Source of the DNA: Squalus acanthias
Taxonomy: Eukaryota
DNA length: 64,000 nt
Direction of reading: 5' to 3'
Assembly: GCA_030390025.1 (NCBI GenBank)
Contig: CM059432.1
Coordinates: 43,526,001-43,590,000, forward strand
Part shown: piece by piece, positions 39,234 to 50,444 of the stretch
Layout of the letters: each line of letters opens with the position of its first letter
How positions within the stretch are numbered: position 1 is the stretch's first letter
Notes under the pieces: generated by a model
Seen by the model: only the letters and a program-made list of their open reading frames with translations
The model's database searches: none
What the model was told of the DNA's origin: nothing
Program-made: the position numbers and the translations under genes

Positions 39234-39444
39234 ATGTTACTCATCTTTAATATCAGAGGACTGAGTCTTGAGGAAAGGTTAGAAAAACTTGGACTATTCA
39301 GCCTATAAAAGAGACATATGAGAGGGAAACTTATAGATGTAGATAAGTTATTAATTGGAATAGATAAAAAGCTAATCCTGAGCATTCTTTCAAGTTTAAC
39401 AAGACTGTAGAACTACAGTATATTAGTACAAATTGGTGAGAGGC

Positions 39445-39548
39445 ATGTGGTAGCACTTACACCTCTGAGTCCATTGGCTGTAAAGAACTTTAGGATGTCC
39501 TGAGGTCATTAAAGGCGCTATATAAATGGAATTTCTTTCTTTCTTTCT
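39445..39548 (+). mobile_element. Internally deleted DeuSINE (head joined to tail)
   Basis: ggtagcacttacacctctgagtc fused to cattggctgtaaag...aaggcgctatataaat. Confidence 0.6.
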
Positions 39549-40733
39549 TGAAGCACTTCTTCTCACAAAGAGTAATTCATACCCTGAATGCGGTTCCAGG
39601 TAGGGTAGTGAAGACAAACACTCTCAAGTCAGTCAAGAGATAGTTAGATGCTGTGATGAGGGACCAGAAATTTCTATCAGAGAATGAGGGAGACAGGCCC
39701 AAAAAGCATTTCTCATTTATACTGATCTTTGTGATGACCTAATTAATAAAACTGGGTAAAAGCTCCTTGCCTTTTTTGTATTTAAACAGGCATTTTACCT
39801 GAATTTTAAAATAAACCATTCTATATTACTACTCTTATTGCTTAATATTAAATTAGTAATATTACCTTTTGGTTAATTTGCTTTCAAAATACCTACTAAT
39901 TAATTGATTATGCAATTCACTCCTCCTCCTAAAATCATACACAAACTGGCCAATAATTAAGTGGCAAACATTGTAAAAATCCAGGCAAAGGGAAACGTAT
40001 TTAATTGAGACAAGACCTTATCAACTGATTTTAGAATTACAGATTAGTGAATTACATATGACAAGCATCAAAAATCACAGAAGCACAGTGATTATTGGTG
40101 ATCCATTTAAAAGATGCTGCCTCACAAATACCTATCTGTCCTTGCATAACAAAATACGCATGCAAGTTGCTGAAAAGCAGTCAATTATTAATGATTTTTC
40201 CAATAAATATGCCTTTATTTAAAAGTCAGTGAACTTCAACTTGGATTAAATGTCTGTGTACTTTAATAAAAATGTGAGTAGGTTAGTAAAATGAGCACTG
40301 TCTCTTTAAAAAAAATGAATTCTATTAGTACAATAGTGCATTGAGATCAGCATTAGACCAAAAAAACCCCGATATTTCATATATCTACATGTGAGAAGCT
40401 TTATCGCGCTTCAGCAAGCTCTAAGAATGCATTTGTAAGACTCAGTTCGACAATACTGCAGCCGATTTAATTTCTCCATTTTATATTATTGAATTTGTTC
40501 TGCAGCCTTTTCCACTTACTTTTCATTTTGTGCTACAGAATTGAGTTTATAATATGTTTTATTTCGACTGACTTGGGCACCTGGTTTTCTGAATGAATAT
40601 CAATACAGCAAAAATAAATTAGGAAAGGCCAAATCAAGAAAAGCTGTTCTAAAGAACTGTTTTGATATGGCTTTTGTTAGACATTTCCCATCCTTATCTG
40701 GTTACATTTCCACTGTAAGGCTGATGAACTTAC

Positions 40734-40899
40734 GATGAGTTGAAATGCAGTGATATTTCTGCTGTTCTCTCCACAGTTCATTGTGACTTTTATCAGCAAC
40801 AGAAATAGAGGGAGACTGAATTAAACAGAAGCTGCTGAACTGGGATCTGCGATAACAATACAAATGGATTTTTCGGACAGAGAAAACAGCTGTCTCCAT
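40734..40899 (-). CDS. Candidate first coding exon of an unidentified host gene
   Basis: ataATGG Kozak context, 55 open codons (METAVFSVRKIHLYCYRRSQ...), GTAAGT donor, in a multi-kb TE-poor stretch; protein not recognised. Confidence 0.3.
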
Positions 40900-42714
40900 T
40901 ATTTGAATGCTTCACCTTTCTCCACTCCATTAATTGCTTCTTTGATCACAGACTGAGGTGGAGAGGCCCTGATAAGGAATAGGTTATTAGGAAAGTAGCC
41001 TGAAGGAATAAATCGGACCCACTACTTGCTGCAGGAGATGAGATAAACCCATAATGCTGGTGAGTGTGAGTGGTAAGTAGCGATAGGGCTTCATTTTCCC
41101 CTGAACATCTTGCAAAGGAAGGAGAGCAACACAGCAGCACTATGAAAGTTAATACAGGATATACATTTAGCTCTGAGGGATGGATTCGGATAAGAATCCC
41201 ATGAAGAATTTTTTGCCCTTTGAATGGCTTACACTTTTTTTATCAAACTGGGTTGCAATATTTTGTAGAAACGGTTTCTGAATCGTGTTGTATGTTAAGC
41301 ACAACTGGAGGCTTTCAATAAAGAGGAGAAAATGACTGTTAAATTTGTCCTTCAAGACATTAATAACAGTTCTCTTTGAAGTGTGGTAAAGCTAAATTGC
41401 TGGAATTAAACTTGATTGAATCTAAGCCTGTTTATTCTTGATTTTTAGGGATCAAGCAATGCACAATTTGTAATACTTCGCTGGAAATATTAAGAAACTC
41501 ACTATCTTGTAATCCGTTCTGTCCATGAATGCTACTGGAGGGGACAAGCCATATTGGTTTGTTGTTAATGTACTGGAAAGAGGTGCTATAGAGAAAACAG
41601 TTAATATTAAATTATGAACACAAGGTTATCTTTCCGTTGCACATGCTCCAGTGCCCTAGGCTGGAGTAATCTGTTAATAGCATGCGATCAAAATTACACC
41701 ATTAAGGAACTGAAGCTGCACATATTTTGCAGTCTGAGTGATGTAGAAAGCTCAGTTTTCCATCATTCAGGCTGCAGTTAATTATCTGTGGTGCTAAAAA
41801 TTGATGTGGGGCATAAGTTAGAAAGAGCTAGTACTAAAGCACATGGCAAATGGCTGCAGGCAGGGACAGAAGGACACACTTTTGATGACTAATCCCTCAT
41901 GACATTGCACCAAATGCTACTCTTCTATTCAGTCTCGCATCAACCTCAAATACCTCAAGAGATCTCTTGTCTTGCAAAGGTATCTGTGGAGAAATTTCTA
42001 ACAATGGGTCATGCACTAAGTAAAAATGTACACGACATCTACAGTAATGTTCTCTTCAAGTGAACAAGGTACATTTGTAGTAACCTGTGTTGCAAGGTTC
42101 ACTCCACTCTTTGTCAAGCAGTTCAAAGTCAGACACACACACCGAATTGGTGCGACAAATTATTGATTTTTTACCAGCTCCTTGAATTCACTTCTCAGCT
42201 TCTCTGGACAGCTTGCTGAATGCTAGACTTCTCTCAGTGATGACTCTCTCTTAGAGGTAGAATCTCCATTTGTTGCCCAAAGTTTGTTTTAGTTAATTCA
42301 TGAGGAAGCCTGCACTTACTGTAGGTTGAATTTTCACGATCAGTAACATTATAGCCTGATTCATTGCATCTCTCATGTAACGGGAGGAGCATACTACTTC
42401 ACTTTTAAACATATTAAATGACATAATTGTAGCTTTTCATTAAAGCTATGTTAGATGTAAAGGTATAGGAAAAATATTTATTGAAAAAGTAAAAGGTTTA
42501 ATGCTTAGCTGTATACATTACAAAAATTAAAATAAAATTTATAGGCTAGTGCACTCGCAATTAATCAGTTGTCTTTTCTAACTGGACTTCAGAAATTAAG
42601 CCAACAACAATCCAAAGTTATTTGAGATTAGCTTCTAGTCCCCAGCAATCGACCTTTAGTCAACACAGAACCTCATACTGACAAAAAGCCCAGTAAGGTG
42701 GAGACCTACTTCAC

Positions 42715-42870
42715 TCCTTTGGCTTCTTTTCTCTACTACCAACCATTTCCTTAAATCCGTCTCTCCTCCTCCTTCCACCCTCACCTCCAACAAGTGTGAG
42801 GAGCTCATGAATTTCTTTGTCACCAAGATTGATACAATCCTTTCCCCATTCCACCAAGTTAACCTTACCC
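42715..42870 (+). mobile_element. L2-like LINE ORF2 fragment
   Basis: LFSTTNHFLK...SNKCEELMNFFVTKIDTI resembles the L2 inter-domain region. Confidence 0.5.
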
Positions 42871-42899
42871 CATGTTCACCGTCGTCTCCCCCCCACCCC

Positions 42900-43631
42900 C
42901 ACCCTATTAACGGGGAGGCGGGGAGGGTGCGGAGGACCCCAATAGTGGTCGGGGATGGCCGGGGAAGTGGAGCCCTGCCGATCTTAACGGCAAGGCCTCT
43001 TTTAAATAACAGTATACAGAGTCTCGCCCAACACCCGTCCGGATTAACGACCTGGCCGGCATGCGGAAGCGGGAATTTGTGGTATAGGTCCGCAGCCAGG
43101 AATCCATTGGAATGGTGCCAGGCAGCTAAGGGGGGGGGGGGGGCGGGGGGGTGGGGGGCTGGCTGCAATTGGGGGCTCTGGCTGCGATTGAGGGGTGTAG
43201 AAGTGATCGGGGGGGGGGGTCTGGACACGAGCGGGGGGAGGGGAAGGCTGTAGCTGCGATCGGGGGTGGGGGGCTAGGGGAAATGTTCTGGCCACGATTG
43301 GGAGGGTGGTTAGCCCGGCACAATGGAGGCCCAAGGCTTCATTGTGAGGCCTGGGGGAGCACTCCTGCCCCTCCCGTCTCACAAGAAGACCTGAAATATA
43401 ACTTTTAAACTTACCTTCTGGGCCTCTTCTGGCCCAGGATCCGGCCCCAGATAGATTTTGCCTGACGGGGGAGCCGACAGTGCCCCAAGCAGTCCAAACT
43501 TATTTGAGATAAGCTTCTAGTCAACTACAAAGCTGGGACATGGCGGGAAGGAAGCGGGTTTGGAGGGTGGAGTTATTTTAACTGGCCCGCTGCCTGGTTT
43601 CCATCAGGCGGGTGGAGTTAAAATCAAGGCC
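42900..43631. mobile_element. GC/G-rich Harbinger-type MITE (left end unclear)
   Basis: Right end gttaaaatcaaggcc; composition like other MITEs here. Confidence 0.5.
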
Positions 43632-44829
43632 TGTGTGTGTCTCTCTCTAGTTTCTAGATTAAATATAACTGCATGATATAATGCTCCTTTTATTAGGTGA
43701 TACACTAGTATATTATAAAGAATAGCAAATAGCTGAGCAGGAATTTAAGACAATAATCAAATCTCAGCATTCTGATTCCCTCTTTCAGGATTTATGACCT
43801 CATCAGAACCACTCAATTGAATTGCTACCTTTTGGCTCTGCTACCCATCTATTATCTTACACTTAACCTTTAACAAAAGAACATAAGAAGAATAGAACAA
43901 AAAAAGTCATTCATTTCATCTAGTTCACCCTATCATTTAGGCCCATGTACAGGCTCCACTCAGATTTTTTTAATCTCCCTCTGATTTGTTATCAAGCTCA
44001 TTTAGCCTTTATACCCCATTGTGCTAAGTATATAACATAATACATTTAATCAACATTTTACTCCAGTAGGAATACAAATAGCACAGAACCATACACATTT
44101 TACGGAAAAGATCTTCTAAATACACTGCTATCACTGCATTTCCAGAAATTAACACATTTGTAAAATGCAATTGTGCAAAGTTATATTGAAGAAACTATTT
44201 TGTAGCTTGCTGAAATGGAAGATTTCCTCAAAATGGATCAATGTCTGCCCTCATTGTCTTTCCTCCACTATCTGGATGCCCTTGCCCTTATAAATTCAGA
44301 TGAAGAGCTGGAGAGTCAGAAGAGAAGCTTTACAGGTGAGAAAGGTGTGGAGCCTACAGGTAAAATGGATTCATACGGACGATTGGTTTAAGATAGCAGA
44401 TTTCATGACTGTATAAAAAAACTCTGTGCAGTTTGACAAAGGGTGGACAATTCAGACTGATCCTCATTCAAAATAGAATTGCAAACGTTGTAAAAAAAAA
44501 ACCAGACAGGAACCTTCTCCTGGAAAATTAATGAGCAATGTCTGAATTCATTTGTACATATTTCAAACTGTAATTATGATAAGGGTAAAATTCCAGTTTA
44601 CCATCTGATTATTTAGAAATGCTGATCTAAGTGTCGCATTTCTTGGCAATCTAGTAATGCATTATCATGATTCATGTGCATTTGATCATCACTTTGTATA
44701 GAAGTCACAGTCCAAAACAGCATTAAGATTAATATATCTAAAAACTACAACTTTCATTCATATCTAAGCAGTATTTTGCAGTTTTGGCCCAGAAAATAGT
44801 ATTAGGATTTCAAACAAAGGTTAAAAGCC

Positions 44830-45308
44830 AATACAAAAGCAAAGTACTGCGGATGCTGGAGTCCTGAAATAAAAACAGAAAATGCTGGAAATACTCAGCG
44901 GGTCGGGCAGCATCTGTGGAGAGAGAAACAGAGTTAATGTTTCAGGTCGATGACCCTTCGTCAGAACTGGAAAAAGCTGGAGATGGAACAGGTTTTTAAG
45001 CAAGTGTAGGGGCAGGGAGAGGGGGAGGAGAGGAAAGAACAAAAGGGAAGGTCTGAGATAGGGTGGAAGGCAGGAGAGGTTAAGAGACAAAAGGGTTGAT
45101 GGTGCAAGGCAAAAGGAGATGGTAATGGGACAAGTTAAGAAACAAAAGATGACTCTAGATGAAGTGTAAATGGCAATGGCTGAATGATCGACAGCTGCCA
45201 TGTGAGAGAGAGAGAACAAAAAGAAAAAAAAGATAGTGGCAGAGGTTATGGTCTGAAATTGTTGAACTCGATGTTGAGTCCAGAAGGCTGTAAAGTGCCT
45301 AATTAAAA
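44830..45308 (-). mobile_element. PLE 3' end (inverted relative to 35743-36166)
   Basis: Reverse-complement homology to 35760-36166. Confidence 0.85.
44932..44968 (-). ncRNA. Minimal type I hammerhead ribozyme motif (CUGACGA intact; G>A change in the stem III palindrome)
   Basis: Minus strand reads AGTT-CTGACGA-A-GGGTC(ATC)GACCT-GAAAC-ATT-AACT. Confidence 0.7.
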
Positions 45309-45678
45309 GTAAATGGCTGTACTGGCCCAGCAGTGTAGTAGTTAAGGTGCCCACTTGATATCCCTGTAGTGACAAATTCAGCCTTGTAGCTTCCTGAAAA
45401 CCACCTCACTCTGCCCCCATGGTGAGGTATCCCCTCAAAGTAGAGGGACAACAACAACAGCAACAACAATAACTTGCACTCGTATCATGCCTTTAATATA
45501 ATGAAACATCCCAAGGAGTTTCACAAAGGAAGAACAATGATCAACAGCTAGGACAGACAACTGAAGATGTGGTCACAGAGATAGGTTCTAAGGGGGCTAT
45601 TGATGGTGGGTGGGAGATATGTAGTGAGGCTGAAGGGTTTAGGAAGAGAATTCCAGGTTATAGTGGTATAATGGCTAA

Positions 45679-45987
45679 AGACCTCGGCAGATTCAAATGG
45701 TGAGTGGGAGCCCAGGAGAGCGCGAGACCTCGGCAGATTCAAAAGGTGAGCGAGAGCCCAGGAGAGCGCGAGACCTCGGCAGATTCAAATGGTGAACGAG
45801 AGCCCAGGAGAGCGCGAGACCTCGGCAGATTCAAAAGGTGAGCGAGAGCCCAGGAGAGCGCGAGACCTCGGCAGATTCAAAAGGTGAGCGAGAGCCCAGG
45901 AGAGCGCGAGACCTCGGCAGATTTAAAAGGTGAGCGAGAGCCCAGGAGAGCGCGAGACCTTGGCAGATTCAAAAGGTGAGCGAGAGC
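45679..45987 (+). repeat. 46-bp tandem repeat, about 6.7 copies, at the CR1 5' end
   Basis: Unit AGACCTCGGCAGATTCAAAAGGTGAGCGAGAGCCCAGGAGAGCGCG starts at 45679, 45725, 45771, 45817, 45863, 45909 and 45955. Confidence 0.95.
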
Positions 45988-47925
45988 GGCTACAACAGAC
46001 CGGTGAGTGTAAAGAAGGAAATGAGAAAGCAATAGAGCAGGATAGAGATGGGGGAAATAATAACCAGAGTGTGATAGGAAGGGACAGAATGTTTAAAAAT
46101 AAGAGTGCAACAGAAAATGGGGCTAAAACAAGGAGAAATGGTAAAAAGACAAAGTTAAAAGCTCTATATCTGAATGCACGCAGCATTCGTAACAAGATAA
46201 ATGAGTTGACGGCACAAATAGATACAAATGGGTATGATCTGATCGCTATTACAGAGATGCGGTTGCAAGGTGATCAGGGCTGGGAACTGAATATTCCAGG
46301 GTATTTGACAATTCGGAAGGATAGACAGAAAGGAAAGGGAGGTGGGGTGGCTTTGTTGCTAAAGGATGGGATCAGTGCAGTGGTGAGAAGTGATATTGGC
46401 TCAAAAGATCAAGATGTAGAATCGGTTTGGGTGGAGATTAAAAAAAATAAAGGGAAAAAGTCTCTGGTGGGCGTAGTCTACAGGCCTCCGAACAGTAGCA
46501 ATACTGTTGGACAGAGTATAAATCAACAAATAATGGAGGGCTGTAAAAAAGGTACGGTAATAATCATGGGTGATTTTAATCTCCATATTGATTGGACAAA
46601 TCAAATTGGCCATGGTAGCCTTGAGGAGGAGTTCATAGAGTGCATCCGGATGGTTTCCTAGAACAATATGCAGGCTATCTTGGATCTGGTACTGTGTAAT
46701 GAGACAGAATTAATAAATGACCTCATAGTAAAGGATCCTCTAGGAAAGAGTGATCATAGCATGGTTGAATTTCAAATTCAGTTGGAGGGTGAGAAAGTTG
46801 TATCTCAAACCAATGTCCTGATCTTAAACAAAGGCAATTACAATGGCATGAGGACAGAACTGGCTAAAGTGGACTGGAAAAATAAATTAAAGGGTAAGAC
46901 TGTTGAAATGCAGTGGAGGACATTTAAGGAGATATTTCATAACTCTCAACAAAAATATATTCCAGTGAGAAAGAAAGATTTTAAGAGAAGGGAGCACCAT
47001 CTGTGGCTAACTAAGGAAGTAAAGGATGATATCAAATTGAAAACGAAGGCATACAATGTTGCCAAGATTGTTGGGAGACCAGAGGATTGGAAAATTTTTA
47101 CAAACCAGCAAAGGATGGCTAAAAATATAATAAAGAGAGAGAAGATGAATTATGAGAGTAAACTGGCAAGAAACATTAAAACAGATACTAAGAGCTTCTA
47201 CAGGTATATAAAAAGGAAGAGAGTAGCTAAAGTAAATGTTGGGTCCCTTAGAGGATGAGACTGGGGAATTAATAATGGGGAATGGGGAAATGGCAGAGAC
47301 TCTGAACAAATATTTTGTATCTGTCTTCATGGTAGAAGACACTAACAACATCCCAATAATGGATAATCAAAGGGCCACAGGGAGGGAGGAAAGAAAGACA
47401 ATCACTATCACTAAGGAAATAGTACTTGGTAAAATAATGGGACTAAAAGATGACAAGTCCCCTGGACCAGATGGCCTGCATCCCAGGGTCTTAAAAGAAG
47501 TGGCTGCAGAGAAAGTGGATGCATTGGTTGCAATATACCAAAATTCCCAGGACTCTGGAGAGGTCTCAGCGGATTGGAAAACCGCAAATGTAACACCCCT
47601 ATTTAAGAAAGGAGGGAGATAGAAAGCAGGAAACTATAGACCAGTTAGCCTAACATCTGTCGTTGGGAAAATGCTGGAGTCCTTCATTAAGGAAGCAATA
47701 GCAGGACATTTGGAAAATCATAATGCAGTCAAGCAGAGTCAGCATGGTTTTATGAAAGGGAAATCATGTTTAACAAATTTGCTGGAGTTCTTTGAGGAGG
47801 TAACGAGTAGGGTGGACAAAGGTGAACCAGTGGATGTGGTGTATTTGGATTTCCAGAAGGCATTCGATAAGGTGCCATATAAAAGGTTACTGCATAAGAT
47901 AAGAGCTCACGGAATTGGGGATAAT

Positions 47926-48658
47926 GGCCCAAAAATTCGGCCGTTCTCGGGTGAGTACTCAGTGCGTACTCACCCGTATTCATTCCCGAAGTGCCGGTTT
48001 CCTGCATGTACTGCGCATGCGCGGGAAACCGGCACTTCCGGTATGGTGAAGGGGGCGGTTCCTAGGTGAACCGCGTGCGCGCTAGAGGCTGCGCGCACGC
48101 AGCACACTTAGATTTTTTTTCAGGTTTCAACGCGAAGGTAAGTATGGAAGATTCTACGCTAGTAAAAAGGAGGCGTAAGACCCCTTTTGAACAAGGTAAT
48201 TAAGTATAATTTAAAAAAATTTTCAACAGGTTTATCTTTTTTAGAGACTTTAAAGAAAGGTAAGTTTATTTTTATAACTTTTAAATTTAAATTTTTGTTT
48301 AAAGTGGTTAATTTATTTAACTATAGTTATTTTATAAATGTGATGGTTTTAAAAAAAATTTATTTGAAGTTTAGCTGTTCTTTTGGGGCCGATTTCAATT
48401 CACAGATTTGACAGGTCTCCTGTCAAATCTATGAATGAAAGATGGTCTGCTGCCATTGGCTCTCCATGGCCCACGTGATCCCAGGGGTCGCATCGCACTA
48501 ACTGCGCCCCTGGGACACGCAAGCACTGCGCGCCGGCTCTTGGGAGAGGCCCAGGACCCGAAGTTCCTGTGGGCCCAAAACACAACGGCAGGCGCGGTGG
48601 GTAAGAGCGCGCGCGATCCTTACCCCCGCGGCAAGCCGGCCACGCGAATTTCTAGGCC
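47926..48658. mobile_element. 733-bp MITE inserted in CR1 RT
   Basis: TIR ggcccaaaaattcg / cgaatttctaggcc, TSD AAT; its removal restores [13 protein letters not shown]. Confidence 0.92.
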
Positions 48659-50444
48659 AATATATTAGCATGGATAGAGAATTGGCTAACTAACAGAAAG
48701 CAGAGAGTCGGGATAAATGGGTCATTTTCCAGTTGGCAAACGGTAACTAGTGGGGTGCCACAGGGATCGGTGCTGGGACCTCAACTATTTACAATCTACA
48801 TTAATGACTTGGATGAAGGGTCCGAGTGTACTGTAGCCAAGTTTGCAGATGATACAAAGATGGGTGGGAAAGCAAGTTGTGCAGAGGACGCAAAGAACCT
48901 TCAAAGGAATATAGACAGGCAAACATTTGGCAGATGGAGTATAATGTGGGAAAGTGCGAGGTTACACACTTTGGCAGGAAAAATAAAAAAGCAAATTATT
49001 ATTTAAATGGAGAGAGATTACAAAATGCTACAGTTCAGAGGGACCTGGGGGGTCCTTGTGCATGAATCACAAAAAGTTAGCATGCAGGTACAGCAAGTAA
49101 TCAAAAAGGCAAATGGAATGCTGGCATTTATTTCAAAGGGGTTGGAGTATAAAAGCAGGGAAGTCCTGCTACAACTGTACAGGGTATTGGTGAGACCACA
49201 CCTTGAGTACTGCATACAGTTTTGGTCTCCTTATTTAAGGAAGGATTTACTTGCATTGGAGGCAGTTCAGAGACGATTCACTAGGTTAATTCCAGAGATG
49301 AGGGGGTTGACTTATGAGGAAAGTTTGAGCAGGCTGGGCCTATACTCATTGGAATTTAGAAGAATGAGAGGTGATCTTATTGAAACATATAAGATACTGA
49401 GGGGGCACGACAAGGTAGATGCAGAGAGGATGTTTCCCCTCGTGGGGAAATCTAGAACTCGGGGGCACAGTTTCAGAATAAAGGGTCGCCCTTTTAGAAC
49501 TGAGATGAGGAGGAATTTCTTCTCTCTGAGGGTCGTAAATCTGTGGAATTCTCTGCCCCAGAGAGCTGTGGAATCTGGGTCATTAAATACATTTAAGGTG
49601 GAGATACACAGATTTTTGCAAGGTAAGGGAGTGAAGGGTTATGGGGAGCGGGTGGGGAAGCGACTTTGAGCCCAAGATCAGCCATGATCTTATTGAATGG
49701 CGGAGCAGGCTCGAGGGGCCAAGTGGCCTATTCCTGCTCCTATTTCTTTATGTTTTTATGTTCTTATGACTCTGCCAGCAGTGGCAGTGTGGAGGAAGGT
49801 GGGTGGGAGTGCACAGTGGTCCAGAAGAGGGGCACTGTGAACTGGGATGTAGGATTGGAGGAAATTGCAGAGGAAGGGTGGAATAAGGTCATGGAGGGAT
49901 TTTTAAAGAGGACAAGGATTTGAAATCAATTAATTAGGGAACAGGAAGCCAGTGTAAGTCAGCAGTGACAAAGGTGATAAGTGAATTGGACTTAATATAG
50001 ACGATAATGTGGGGAACAGAATTTTGAATGAGTTGGAGTTTGTGTAATGTAGGATTTGAGAGATCAGAGAGGTGAACATTGGAGAAGTTCAACCTGGAAG
50101 TAATGAATGTAAAGATGATAGTTTCAGTGGTAGTGGGGATGAGTTAAGGATGGAGGTGGGAGATGTTACATTGGTAGAAGTAGGGAGGGCTAAATTGGAC
50201 AGGATATAAAAACGGGCGCGGGGATCGCCCATCACCCCCATCACTCACCTACCAACAATCTCTATCAAGCAGGACTCATACCTAACATTCATAGCTTCAC
50301 CTCACTCTCACACGCTTAGCACTGTTGTAAGCCTCACACCCACAACTCACAGCTCGCACACACTGGCAGCTATTCAACCATGAAAGCTATATCACCCAAA
50401 CAGATTGCACCACACTCACTGACACACTTCCCTTTCTCTTGCAG

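Larger units (their letters stand above)
45679..49768 (+). mobile_element. CR1 LINE with near-complete but disrupted ORF2, no recognisable ORF1, MITE inserted
   Basis: LYLNARSIRNK, IAITE, GGGVAL, VYRPP, MGDFN through RT and C-terminus, broken by frameshifts and stops; tail tatgttcttat. Confidence 0.9.

Noticed and set aside
42656..43408. Proline/glycine-rich ORFs
   Set aside because: Artefacts of G/C runs in a MITE abutting an L2-like fragment.
44300..44335. 36-nt plus-strand micro-exon (ag|ATGAAGAG...TACAG|gtgaga)
   Set aside because: Weak polypyrimidine tract, no partner exons identified, and opposite strand to the other candidates; compatible with chance.
45679..45987. CRISPR-like array
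   Set aside because: Units are head-to-tail with no unique spacers, there are no cas genes, and the context is vertebrate.
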